64,000 nucleotides of DNA from NCBI GenBank assembly GCA_963722525.1, contig CAVRMM010000002.1, forward strand, positions 1,467,925-1,531,924. Direction: 5' to 3'. This DNA is from an uncultured Actinomycetes bacterium (lineage in GTDB: Bacteria; Actinomycetota; Thermoleophilia; Gaiellales; F1-60-MAGs149). The position numbers were made by a program, and so were the translations under genes. The notes under the pieces are model-generated. The model saw only the letters and a program-made list of their open reading frames with translations, was not told where the DNA came from and did no database searches. This document shows positions 17,261 through 27,260 of the stretch, piece after piece. Numbering within the stretch: the first letter of the stretch is position 1; every line of letters begins with the position of its first letter.

Positions 17261-19481
17261 ATGCGTTTCCCTGCGGCCGCCTTCGCGTCCCTCAGCCTCC
17301 TCGTCGCAGCCGCGGTCCCCGCTTCGGCAGCCGCGCCATCCCGCACCGCGCGCCTCGTGTCGGGCGGTGTCGCGTCGACGGACGCGGCGACGCCGGCCGG
17401 GATGTCGGCCGACGGCAGCCGCGCGCTGTTCACCTCGGCCGAGGCCCTCGTGCCGGCCGACACCAACGGCGCCTCCGACGTGTACGCGCGCGACAGCAAC
17501 GGCACGCTGCAGCTGATCGGGAGCGGCATCCGGCCGGCCGGCTCGACGTTCGCCGGCGTCAGCGCCGACGGCAACCGGACGTGGTACCTCGACCGCCGAC
17601 AAGGATGTCGCGGCCGACACCGACGCCAATACCGACGTGTACGAGGAGCGCCGCGACGGCACGATCCGCCTCATCAGCGCGGGAAACGGCGGCTTCCAGG
17701 CCACCTTCGTCGACGCGTCCGACAGCGGCGACCACGTGCTGTTCTCGACCACCGAGCGGGTCCTCCCGGCGGTCGACGGTGACGCCGTCCTCGACCTCTA
17801 CGACCGGCGCGCCGACGGGACACTTCGGCTCGTCACACCGGGCACGGCGCTGGCGCTCCAGACGCAGGCGACTCGCCGCGTGATCAGCGCGAACGGAGCA
17901 CAGGTCGCCTTCTTCACCGCCGACCAGCTCGTGCCCGCCGACGTCGACAGCGTCACCGACACCTATCTCGTACCCACCGCCGGCGGGCCGTACACCCTCG
18001 CCACGCCGGGAAATCCCGCCATCGCGGTCCAGACGCTCGGCTTCGAGAACCGCGCCGGCACCCGGACGTGGTTCACGACGACGGTGGCGCTCGACCCGGC
18101 CGATAACGACGCCGGCGGCGACGTCTACGAGCGCCGGGCCGACGGCACTCTCCGGCTGATCTCGAACGTCGGCACCGGCGCCGCTGCCAGCATCGTCGGC
18201 GGGCTCGACGACGGCAGCAGCGTGGTCTTCAGCACCACCGAGAAGGTCGTGGCCGGGGACACCGACACCGCCGCCGACCTGTACGAGCGCCGCACCGACG
18301 GATCGCTGCGGCTGATCTCGGGTGGCTCCACGCCCGACAACGCGACGTTCGCGGGTGAGAGCGCCGACGGCTCGATCGCGTTCCTGACGTCGGAGAGCCT
18401 CGATCCGGTGGGCGACGGGGACGGCCAGATCGACGCGTACCTGCGCCGGCCCGACGGCGCCCTGCTGGTGCTCACACCCGGTACCGGCGCCAACGGACTC
18501 GTCTTCCCGGCCGCGACGATCCCGAGCACCCGGGCGCGGACGATCTTCTTCTCGACGCTCGACATTGCCGGGACGGGCGATGCGAACGGCCTCGGCGACG
18601 CCTACGAGGCCACCGTCGACGGACCCCGCCCCCTCGCGCCCGGCGTCGCCGGCGGCACGACCCTGGCACCTTCGCAGATGGCCGCCGACGGCTCACGGAT
18701 CCTGTTCACGACCCTCACCGCGCTGGCGGCCGCCGACACCGACACCGCGCAGGACGTGTACGAGGCCGACTTCGCGCTGCCGAAGCTCGCGGGCGTCACG
18801 ACGCTGGCCGGCAACGCCCGCGTCGGTACCACCCACACGTGCAAGCCGGCGGCGACCGCGACCGGCGAGGGCGTCACCCGCGCCGTCGCCTGGCTGCGTG
18901 ACGCCGCCGTGATCGCGGGTGCCACCGCAGCCACGTACAAGCCGGGCCCGGCAGACGCGGGACGCGCCCTGCGCTGCCGCGCCATCGCGCGAAACGGCGT
19001 CGGCGCCGCAACCGTCGACTCCGCCCCGCGGGTGATCGCGCCGGCCGCGCTGACGGCGAAGCTGGCCGGCTTCCCGATTCTCGGCACGAAGCTGACCTGC
19101 ACGGCCTTCGCGGGAGCGGCCACGACGGGCTACGCGTGGAAGCGCGGCACCCGGGCCGTCAGGGGTCGCACCGCACGCACGTACAAGATCGGCAGCGCCG
19201 ACCTCGGCAAGCGGCTCACCTGCACGGCCACCGGCAGGAAGGGCACCCTCGCCACGACCGTCGCCCACGGCCTCACGGTGCCCCGGCGCTGCAGCGTCGG
19301 CAACGTCCGCGGGCTCACCCCGGCCGCCGCGCAGACGAAGCTCCAGAGCGCGGGCTGCCGCACGAAGCTGAGCAAGGTGACCGGCAGCGGCGTCAAGAAG
19401 GGCCTCGTGCTCGGCACGTCTCCCGCCCGCGGCGCCAAGCGGGACAACGGCACCCGCATCACGATCCGGGTCCGGCGCTAG
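17261..19481 (+). pseudogene. secreted repeat protein: signal peptide, ~9 PD40/TolB-like ~52-aa repeats, two Ig-like repeats, C-terminal PASTA domain; one frameshift near 17583
   Basis: - **Signal peptide:** MRFPAAAFASLSLLVAAAVPASA.
- **Propeller-type repeats:** recurring unit S.DG.r..F.t.e.Lv..DtD...DvYeRr.DGtLrLiS.
- **Ig-like repeats:** two units of the form L.C......Y.W...........tYK.g.aD.G..L.C.A.
- **PASTA-like end:** CSVGNVRGLTPAAAQTKLQSAGCRTKLSKVTGSGVKKGLVLGTSPARGAKRDNGTRITIRV.
- **ORF join:** ORFs 17261..17782 and 17637..19481 join at ...ADGNRTW / TSTADKDVAADTD. Confidence 0.65.
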
Positions 19482-19494
19482 CCGACCACCTACC

Positions 19495-19746
19495 ATGCCC
19501 CGCATGGACGACGATCAGATTCACGACCGCATCGAGAAGCTCGTCGCAGAGGAGCACGCGCTGTGGGAACGCGAGGCGGCGGGCCAGGGGACCGACGAGG
19601 ATCGCCGCCGGGCCGAGGCCGTGAAGGTCTCGCTCGACCAGTCGTGGGACCTGCTGCGCCAGCGCCGTGCGAAGCGTGAGGCGAACCTCGACCCGGACTC
19701 GGCCAGCATCCGCCCGGCCGACGAGGTCGAGGGCTACCAGCAGTAG
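19495..19746 (+). CDS. DUF2630 family small protein
   Basis: 83-aa ORF with the family pattern IHDRIEKLVAEEHALW...VSLDQSWDLLRQRRAKRE...RPADEVEGY. Confidence 0.7.
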   Translation: MPRMDDDQIHDRIEKLVAEEHALWEREAAGQGTDEDRRRAEAVKVSLDQSWDLLRQRRAKREANLDPDSASIRPADEVEGYQQ

Positions 19747-19798
19747 CGGATCGGTGCCCGTCGAGGTCGCGCCGAAGCTCGCCTGACGCCGCTCTTCG

Positions 19799-20686
19799 CT
19801 AGATCCCGAGCACTGCCCTCAGCGCCTCGCGCTGATCGTTCCACCGCGCCTCCTGCAGCGCGCGGGCCTGCGGCGCGCGGGCCCGCAGCTCCGTGTGCCG
19901 CACCAGCGCGTCGCTGACGCCCGCGGCGATGGCGGCGGCGTCGTTGGCGACGTGGACGGCGTGCGGGAAGAGCAGGCGATTGATCGGGTGGTCGGAGATC
20001 ACGAGCGGCCGGCCGTGCCAGACCGCCTCGCACGCCACGCGCATGACGGACTCCGGCTGCGTGGTCAGTGCCAGCACGACGTCGGCGCGGTCGATGGCCC
20101 GCACGTAGTCGTCGTGCGAGAGCCGGCCGTGGAAGAGCGCGTTCGCGGGCGCGCCGGCCACCAAGGCCGGCGGCAGCCGGTCGATCGATCCGCAGAAGTC
20201 GAGCACCACGCCGGGCAGCAGCCGGAGCGCCGCCACGGCCTCGGCGATCGGCTCGTCGTGCGAGAAGTAGCCCGGCACGAGCACGTGCGGCTGGGCGTGC
20301 ACCTCGCGCGCCGGGGCGACGCACTCGAGCGGCGGCGCCTCGTGCACGACGAGCGGGCGTCCGCCCCACGCGGCAACGCGTTCGGCGAGCGCGTCGGAGC
20401 AGACGAGCACGGCGTCGGCGCGCGCCGCGCAGCGCCGCAGCAGCCCCAGCCGGCGCGCCGATCGCCGGTCGCCCTTCAGGCCGAAAGCCCCGGTGTGCGC
20501 GTCGAGCACCGTGCGCGGCCAGACGGTGGCGAGGGCGATCTCGGTGGGCGGCACCGTCACGATCCACGGCCGGCGCGAGATGGGCCGTCGCCAGGGTGAG
20601 CACGTCGCCTCGCCACCCAGGGCCACGGCGAGCTCTCGAGCCCGCGCGAGGTTCTGCGGTCGGCCGCAGACGACAACCGGCGACAT
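19799..20686 (-). CDS. glycosyltransferase (GT-B fold, GT1/GT4-like)
   Basis: Uninterrupted 295-aa ORF. The C-terminal Rossmann half is typical of GT4 enzymes (VLVPGYFSHDEP...LFHGRLSHDDYVRAIDRADVVLALT...EAVWHGRPLVISD). Confidence 0.5.
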   Translation of the reverse strand: MSPVVVCGRPQNLARARELAVALGGEATCSPWRRPISRRPWIVTVPPTEIALATVWPRTVLDAHTGAFGLKGDRRSARRLGLLRRCAARADAVLVCSDALAERVAAWGGRPLVVHEAPPLECVAPAREVHAQPHVLVPGYFSHDEPIAEAVAALRLLPGVVLDFCGSIDRLPPALVAGAPANALFHGRLSHDDYVRAIDRADVVLALTTQPESVMRVACEAVWHGRPLVISDHPINRLLFPHAVHVANDAAAIAAGVSDALVRHTELRARAPQARALQEARWNDQREALRAVLGI

Positions 20687-20713
20687 GGCCCCAGGATACG
20701 GCGTCGGAACGGC

Positions 20714-21967
20714 CTAGCGCGGATCGCGTTCGGCCAGCGCGAGCCCGAGCAGCGCCCACCACAGGTGCGGCATGCCGGTGGTGACGAAGTACGGCTCCAG
20801 CAGGTGCAGCGGCACGAACAGCACCGTCGCAACCGCGACCGCCCCGGCCACGGCGCCGCGCTCGGGCGGATCGGTGCCGGAGCGCGAGCGCACCGCGACG
20901 ACGACGACCCAGACGAACGCGCCGTAGACGAGCAGCAACAGCACCCCGCCGCGCACGAGCAGCGTCACGTACAGCGACTCCGTGAACGGGTAGGCGACGC
21001 CGGCGGGGGTGCCCGGGCCCCAGCCGCTGATCCAGCGCCCGCGCAGCGCCGGCCGGTACTCGTGCCACCACACGTCGGCGCGGTGACGGATCGTCTGCGG
21101 CACGATCGACGTGCTCTGCGCCCCGTCGAACGCGGGGTCGAACTGCTGGTCGACGCGGTCGGCGATCAGCGGCGCCGCGGCCAGGGCGGCGACGGCGGTG
21201 ACCGCGATCGCGGCCACGAGCACGCGCCGCCCCCGGCCGGCGCGGACGCCGAGCCAGACGGCGCCGGCCAGCGCCGCCATCGCAGGTGCGGCAGTGACCG
21301 ATGCCGCGAAGCCGCTGGCGCAGCAGGCGAGGACCACGAGCAGCCACCGGCTCCGCAGCACCTGCTGCCCGGGACGGAGGATCAGCGCGACGGCGACGAG
21401 GGTGATCACCACGAGGTAGGCGCCGAGCGTGTGCGGGTGGCCGAACGGCCCGGTCGCGCGACCGAGACCGAGATCCTCGAGGGCCGAGAACTGGTCGTCG
21501 CCGGCCCACGAGACGGCCCACGAGCGCGACGGCCCGAGATCGAGCGCCTGCAGCATCGCCCAGAGCCCGACCGGGATGGCACTCAGCAGCACGACGCGCA
21601 GGACGATCCGCACGTCGCGATCGGCGGTCAGGCCAACGCGGCAGGCGCGGTACAGGAGCAGGAAGAGCAGCGGCCCGCCGAGCGTCTGCACGCCGTCGAA
21701 GTCGAGCCAGCCGGCGCGCAGCCCGAGCAGGTCGAGCGTCCCCAGCACCAGCGTGGCGCCGCAGTAGACGAAGGCCGCGTAGTCGACGAGGTCCATGCGG
21801 GGCCCGCGCACAGCGGCGAGTACGCCGAGGCCGACGACGATGATCAGCAGCTCCGAGATCCGGACGCCCGGCAGCGGGTTGCCGCGTGCGAGGCCCGAGA
21901 CCGCGGGCACGAGCGCGAGGCCGATGACGCCCGCGCGCACGGCCGTCGCGTGCTGGGCGAGCGGCAT
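20714..21967 (-). CDS. O-antigen polymerase/ligase (Wzy)-family polytopic membrane protein
   Basis: Uninterrupted 417-aa ORF with about 10 TM helices and a Wzy_C-like loop (RGRWISGWGPGTPAGVAYPFTESLYVTLLVRGGVLLLL). Confidence 0.55.
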   Translation of the reverse strand: MPLAQHATAVRAGVIGLALVPAVSGLARGNPLPGVRISELLIIVVGLGVLAAVRGPRMDLVDYAAFVYCGATLVLGTLDLLGLRAGWLDFDGVQTLGGPLLFLLLYRACRVGLTADRDVRIVLRVVLLSAIPVGLWAMLQALDLGPSRSWAVSWAGDDQFSALEDLGLGRATGPFGHPHTLGAYLVVITLVAVALILRPGQQVLRSRWLLVVLACCASGFAASVTAAPAMAALAGAVWLGVRAGRGRRVLVAAIAVTAVAALAAAPLIADRVDQQFDPAFDGAQSTSIVPQTIRHRADVWWHEYRPALRGRWISGWGPGTPAGVAYPFTESLYVTLLVRGGVLLLLVYGAFVWVVVVAVRSRSGTDPPERGAVAGAVAVATVLFVPLHLLEPYFVTTGMPHLWWALLGLALAERDPR

Positions 21968-22062
21968 GCGTCAGATGCTAACGGCCTCTCAGGGCACGGG
22001 TCGGTCGGCGATCCGACCCGACGACGACAGCCGGGCGCCGGATACCGGCGCACCGGGCAGTC

Positions 22063-22099
22063 CGAGCCTGGCCGTCACCTGAGATGACGGCCAGGCTCG
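22063..22099 (-). terminator. strong stem-loop 11 nt downstream of the FN3-protein stop (I-shaped terminator candidate, no U-tract)
   Basis: cgagcctggccgtca / cctgaga / tgacggccaggctcg forms a perfect 15-bp stem with a 7-nt loop. It lies between the stop at 22110 and the next minus-strand gene start at 21967. Confidence 0.5.
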
Positions 22100-22109
22100 C
22101 GCGCCGGGC

Positions 22110-24167
22110 CTAGCGAGTCGTCGTGAACGGACCGGCCAGTCCGCCCTGGTTCGAGATGGCGCAGATGGTCGCGGGCTGCGTGGTTCCGACGACGGCGTTG
22201 TTGCGGAAGCGGAGGTCGTACACCCCTCCGGCGACCACGGCACCGCTGCCGATCAGTGCTCCGGCAGTCGCACAGCCGGGGGTGCCACGGCGGATCGTGA
22301 TCGTCGCGCCAACAGCCGATCCGGTACCGACGACGCGGAAGTCGTTCGCCTTCCAGCGCGCGGACGTGATGGTGACGCGGTCGGTCAGCGCGGTCGGGAC
22401 GACGGTGGCTGACAGCGCCGAGGCGGGCCCGTAGCCGACGGCGTTCTTGGCCTGGACGGTGAACGCGTAGCTGTCGCCGACCGTGAGCCCGGTGATGGTC
22501 GTCGTCCGCGCAGTCGTCTCACGCAGGGCTCCTTCGGGAGCACCGTTGCGGTACAGCTGCACCCCGTAACCGGTGATCGTCGGATCGGGTGGACTCACGC
22601 TCCAGCCAAACGTCGCCGAGGCCTGGCCGGCGGTCGCCGTCAACCCGGTCGGGGCGATGGGCGCCGGGTCGGCCGGGGCCTGGGTGTAGTAGCCGGTGAC
22701 GATGTCGCTGTGGTTGTCGGCGGCGTCGAACGCGACCGCGGTGATCTCGACTGGGACGACCGGGTCGGTGACCGGGATCGGTCCGGTGTAGAGGTGCACG
22801 GCCGGGTCGTCGCGGAGGCCGCCGTCCTGGATCACGGCGGAGCCGTCGGTGGTGTAGTAGATGAGCGCGTTCGGGTCGGAAGCGGTCGGGTTCTGCGCCG
22901 CCGGGTCGGTCGCCTTCAGCGTTACGCCGCTGTTCGTCGGCGTCGGCGCGGCGAGCGTGCCCGGAGCGGGGGTCGCGGTCAGCGCCGGGGCGGTGATGTC
23001 GCCCGAGGCCGGCACCTGCAGCGGGAATGCGGCGCTGAGGGTAACGGAGCCGTCACCGGCCGCGGCGGAGGAGCGCACCTCGACGGTGTACGTCTCGCCC
23101 GCCACCAGTCCCTTGATGGTGGCGGAGGTGGCGTTCGGCCCCACGCGCTTGCCGGTCGACTCGCGCTCGCCGGCGGCGTTCACGGTATTCGCGATCGCCT
23201 CGATGCTGTAACCCGTCACCGCAGGGGCGCCGGGTGCCGGCTGCACCGGCGTCCAGTCGACCTTCAGCTGGTCGGTGCTGGCCGGCGACGGCTCGGCCGA
23301 CCGGACCGCGAAGGCGGAGCCGGGAACCGGGGTGCCGATCTGGGTCGGCCCGCCCGGGCAGCCGCCCATGCCGGGGCCGCCGGGCTCGCCGAACTCGGAG
23401 ATCGTGAGCCCCTGGCGGTTGGCGTCGGCGTCCTCTTCCTGCCACGCCATCGCCCGTTCGCCGAGATCGGCGTTGGCGGCGATCTGCGCGACGGCCGGAT
23501 CGTCGAAGACGTACGTCGCCTTGAAGGTGTGGGCGACGGTGTCGACCTCCATGCCGGAGGAGTAGCCGCCGCGCGCGGCCGGCGTGAGCGGGCCGGGGAG
23601 CGCCCGGATGTCGCGCTTCGCGACGGGCGTGTCCACGAGGTCGGGGTTGATGATCCGCTGCTCGAGGAATGCCGGGTTGACGCCAGCGCCGATGTGGCCG
23701 ACGACCGTCAGCGTGGCGCCGTCGAGACTCGAGTCGGCCGTTACGAACGCGTCGCTGACGGTGGTCTCGGCGACCGGGTTCGCCTCCGAGGCAGCGGTGC
23801 CGTCGAGGAACTTGATCGACACGACATCGCCCGGCCGGATGTCGGGCGTGACCTGCAGATTCGTCCCTGCCCCCCAGCAGACGCCGCCGGGGTGGTTGAC
23901 CTCGAAGGCCACGCCGCCACTCTCGACAACGGCCTTCGCGGAACCCATTACCGTCGTGCCGCGCACGACCTCCAGGAGTGCGGTCTCGCCAGCGTGCTGC
24001 TCGAACCCCTCGACCGACACGAAGTCGCGGTCGGGGAAGACGACGAGGTTGTCCGGGAAAGCCGGAACGGCCGCAGAGGCGACGATGCCGCCGACAACGG
24101 CGACACAGGCGATGCCTGCGACCAGGACGGCGAGCGTGCGCCGGCGTGCAAAGGACGGTCTGGCCAT
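22110..24167 (-). CDS. large secreted protein with fibronectin type III domains and a chitobiase/hexosaminidase-C-like (FN3-associated) segment
   Basis: Uninterrupted 685-aa ORF with a signal/anchor (RRTLAVLVAGIACVAVVGGIVASAA). FN3 signatures: VTGYSIEA...GLVAGETYTVEVRS and ITGYGVQLYRNG...TGLTVGDSYAFTVQAKN. It also has an IYYTTDGS motif. Confidence 0.65.
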   Translation of the reverse strand: MARPSFARRRTLAVLVAGIACVAVVGGIVASAAVPAFPDNLVVFPDRDFVSVEGFEQHAGETALLEVVRGTTVMGSAKAVVESGGVAFEVNHPGGVCWGAGTNLQVTPDIRPGDVVSIKFLDGTAASEANPVAETTVSDAFVTADSSLDGATLTVVGHIGAGVNPAFLEQRIINPDLVDTPVAKRDIRALPGPLTPAARGGYSSGMEVDTVAHTFKATYVFDDPAVAQIAANADLGERAMAWQEEDADANRQGLTISEFGEPGGPGMGGCPGGPTQIGTPVPGSAFAVRSAEPSPASTDQLKVDWTPVQPAPGAPAVTGYSIEAIANTVNAAGERESTGKRVGPNATSATIKGLVAGETYTVEVRSSAAAGDGSVTLSAAFPLQVPASGDITAPALTATPAPGTLAAPTPTNSGVTLKATDPAAQNPTASDPNALIYYTTDGSAVIQDGGLRDDPAVHLYTGPIPVTDPVVPVEITAVAFDAADNHSDIVTGYYTQAPADPAPIAPTGLTATAGQASATFGWSVSPPDPTITGYGVQLYRNGAPEGALRETTARTTTITGLTVGDSYAFTVQAKNAVGYGPASALSATVVPTALTDRVTITSARWKANDFRVVGTGSAVGATITIRRGTPGCATAGALIGSGAVVAGGVYDLRFRNNAVVGTTQPATICAISNQGGLAGPFTTTR

Positions 24168-24402
24168 GATTCCCTTCCGGGGCGTGGAGCGACCGCCTCC
24201 CCCGGTGGTGAGGGGACGGCCGCGGGGGGCGGTTCTACGGGGGCTGCATCGAACGTGCTCGCCGACGGCGTTGCAGAAGCAACCTAGCGACCGCCGCTTT
24301 CAGAGTCCTTGGGGGAAAGTTTGAATAATTGCCGGCAAGATTGAGCTCACCGACCATTTCGCGACGACAGCGTGTGCAACATCGCCACGTGAACGCCTCG
24401 TG

Positions 24403-24423
24403 CGCAGGCCGTAGCGGCCTGCG
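24403..24423 (-). terminator. short stem-loop just after the DUF3891-like gene stop (weak terminator candidate)
   Basis: cgcaggcc gtagc ggcctgcg forms an 8-bp stem 5 nt downstream of the stop at 24428. There is no U-tract. Confidence 0.3.
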
Positions 24424-24427
24424 TCGA

Positions 24428-25045
24428 TCAGCCTGGCACGATCTCGAACGGCACGATCACGGGCTCGAGCCGCTCGGGATAGCCGTCGGCCTCGTAGGCC
24501 GTCACGAGACCGACCAGCCGCGGCACGCCGAGCGACCACGGGTCGAGCTCCACGGGGCCGAGCCCGTCGACCCGGAAGTGGATCCCGCTGGCGGTGCCGG
24601 ACTTCGGCTCCTCGAAACAGAAGTCGAACGCGACGCTGTCACAGAGGTTGGTGATCGCGTCAGCCGCCCGCCCGTCGGCCTCGGAAACACCCGCCGCGGC
24701 GTGCAGCGCGGGCAGCTGCGCCGCCATCTCGTCGCCGGCCGGATCATCGCCGAGGAGGCGCCGCACGTGCAGTGCGACGAGGAGGTCGACGATCGGCTCC
24801 ACCCCGCGCGGCCGGAAGCTATTGCGCTGGATCTCGAGCCACCGCTCGCGCGGCGTCTGGAGCAGCGGATCGTTGTCGATCTCGCCGTAGCCGCGGTCGT
24901 GCAGCGCGACGCCGCGGACGAACGCGTCGAAGGGCAGCGGCGGACGCGGGAACTCGTCGTTGCCCCACGCGAGGGCGATGGCCGCGGAGAAGCGGGCGTG
25001 GTCGGCCTGGGTGAAGACGATGGGGCGGCGGCGGGAGGGGAACAC
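24428..25045 (-). CDS. DUF3891-like hypothetical protein
   Basis: Uninterrupted 205-aa ORF. The N-terminal pattern IVFTQADHARFSAAIALAWGN...VALHDRGYG resembles the DUF3891 family. This assignment is from memory and not verified. Confidence 0.45.
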   Translation of the reverse strand: MFPSRRRPIVFTQADHARFSAAIALAWGNDEFPRPPLPFDAFVRGVALHDRGYGEIDNDPLLQTPRERWLEIQRNSFRPRGVEPIVDLLVALHVRRLLGDDPAGDEMAAQLPALHAAAGVSEADGRAADAITNLCDSVAFDFCFEEPKSGTASGIHFRVDGLGPVELDPWSLGVPRLVGLVTAYEADGYPERLEPVIVPFEIVPG

Positions 25046-25090
25046 GGCCGCGAAAAAATACCCTGTCCAGCGCCAGCCGCGCGGTGGCCG

Positions 25091-26294
25091 CTAGCCCGCG
25101 GCACCCTTCCGCGAGCCGGGCGCCGCGAGCGACTCCAGGCACGCGATGTACCCCCGGCCCTGATCCCGCCAACCGTAGGCTGCTGCGCGCGTTCCTCGCG
25201 CGCCCGGTCCGGTCCGCCGCGGCCTCCGGCGCGTCGAGGATCGCCTCGATCGCCTCGCGGAGCGCGGCGACGTCGTCGGGCGTGAAGAACCAGACCTCGT
25301 CGGGCTCGAAGTGCGCGCGGTTCACCGCCAGGTCGGCGCACGCCACGGGGATGCCGAGCGCGACGTACTCGAGCAGCTTCGCCGACAGCGCGAGCGAGTG
25401 GTGCCGGACGGGCCTGCTCGGGATCACCCCCACATCGGCGCCCGCGACCGCGGCGAGCACATCTCGCTGCGGCAGGTAGCGCCCGCTGAACGTCACCCGC
25501 GACTCGATCCCCGCCGACCGCGCCAGCGCCTCGAGCCCGGGCAGCTCGTCGCCGTCGCCGTAGATCTCGAGCCGGACGTCGTCCCGGCGACCGCTCAGGT
25601 CGGCGAACGCCCGGACCAGCAGATCGACGCCGTACCACGGCGTCAGCGTGCCGTGGAACACGATCCGCTTCACGCCGGGAGTCGGAGCCGGAGCGGAGCG
25701 CGGCAGGACCTCGGGGTCGGTGGCGTTCATGACCACTGACGTCGGCCGATGGTTGCCGCGCCGCCGCAGCTCGTGGGCGTAGGGCGCATGCACGGTCACC
25801 ACGGCGTCGGCGCACGCGTACGCGAGGCGCTCCGAGCTCCGCACCAGGACGCCGAAGATCCGGCGGGTGGCCCCCCTGAGGCGCATGTCGAGCAGGTCCT
25901 CGGCGATGTCGTGCACGTCGAAGAGGATGCGCGCGCCGAGCAGCTTGGGCGCGAGCGCGGCCAGCACGAGATGGTCGGGCGGGTTGTGGACGTGGACGAC
26001 GCGGTAGCGGCGCACCAGGGCGAGGCCCGCCGCCAGCGAGCCGGCGAGGAGCGTGAAGCCGCCGTACTCGAGCAGCAGCCGCACGGCGCTGCCCGTGCGC
26101 TTGTGACCGAACGGGACGCGGAAGACGCGAACCCCGTCAACCACCTCGACCAGCGGCTCGCCGGCCCGACGCAGGGCGATGAGGTCGACCGAGAAGCCGG
26201 CCTCGATCGCGGCGCGCGCCTCGCGCGACGCGCGCGCCTCGCCCACCGGGTACTCCTTGTGCAGGAGCATGAGGATGCGTCGGCGCCGCGTCAC
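25091..26294 (-). pseudogene. GT4-family glycosyltransferase, one frameshift near 25185
   Basis: ORF 24819..26294 is GT4-like up to ...AILDAPEAAADRTGRAR (HVHNPPD, IVFHGTLTPWYGVD, GDGDELPGLEALA). The natural C-terminus (YGWRDQGRGYIACLESLAA..., TAG at 25091) lies in another frame. Confidence 0.75.
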
Positions 26295-27247
26295 GCCGCC
26301 CGCCGTCCATCGGCGACGTCGGCGTAGATCTGTACGAGCCGGCCGACGATCGTCCGCCGATCGGTGCGGCCGACGACCGCCGCCACCAGCGCGTCCGGCT
26401 GCGGCGTCGTGCCGAGCGACGCGAGCGTCGCCTCAGCGAGGAGCTGCGGGTCGGGATCGACGACGGCGCAGCCCGGCAGGCCCGCGAGCTGGACCGCCAC
26501 GTCGCCGACCGGCACCGAGACGACGGGCGTGCCGGCGGCGAGGGACTCGCGCACCGTCACCGGCGACCCCTCGAACCGCGACGTCATCAGCGTCACGTCG
26601 GCGGCCGCGAGCACCGTGGCGACCCGGTCGCGGGTGAGATCCTCGAGCCAGACCGTCCGCAGCGAGGGCAGCGTCGTCCGGACGATCTCGGCGGTCGCCT
26701 CGAACAGCGGGTAGTTCTTCACGTACGACGACCGCGAGCCCGGGAAGACGGCGTATCTACAGCCGGCGTCCCAGCCCAGCTCGTCGCGCAGCGCCGCCAC
26801 CTCGCGAGGCCGGAAGGTCGACGTATCGACCCCCATCGGCAGCACGTCCGGGGCGCCCCGGAGGCCCAGCCGTGCGGCAGCCGAGGCGTCCACGACGATC
26901 GGGACGCAGCGCCGTCCGACGCGGCGGGAGATGGGCAGCTGCCATGCCTTGAAGCCGGTGTCGCTGCCGTGAAAGGTCGTGACGAGCGGCCCGACCCGCG
27001 CCAGCAGGCACGACGCGCCGGTGAGGCCGTAATGAGCGTGGACGACGTCGTACCGCCCGCTCCGGGCAGTGCGCCGGATGCGCGACACGACCCGGAGGTA
27101 CTGGCTCGAGTCGCCGCGGCCGTCGAACGACACGACGTCGACCTCGACGCCCTCCGCGACGAGGTCGTCGACCTGCTCCTTGACGAAGATCCCGGCCGAG
27201 GGTTCCGACGCGGTCGGCCACATGTTCGAGACGACCAGCGCCCTCAT
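26291..27247 (-). CDS. GT4-family glycosyltransferase
   Basis: Uninterrupted 318-aa ORF with VVSNMWPTASEPSAGIFVKEQV, DVVHAHYGLTG and SRFEGSPVTVRESLAAGTPVVS (the E-x7-E region). It overlaps the upstream GT by 4 nt. Confidence 0.8.
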   Translation of the reverse strand: MRALVVSNMWPTASEPSAGIFVKEQVDDLVAEGVEVDVVSFDGRGDSSQYLRVVSRIRRTARSGRYDVVHAHYGLTGASCLLARVGPLVTTFHGSDTGFKAWQLPISRRVGRRCVPIVVDASAAARLGLRGAPDVLPMGVDTSTFRPREVAALRDELGWDAGCRYAVFPGSRSSYVKNYPLFEATAEIVRTTLPSLRTVWLEDLTRDRVATVLAAADVTLMTSRFEGSPVTVRESLAAGTPVVSVPVGDVAVQLAGLPGCAVVDPDPQLLAEATLASLGTTPQPDALVAAVVGRTDRRTIVGRLVQIYADVADGRRAA

Positions 27248-27260
27248 GGTCTGCGTCGCC

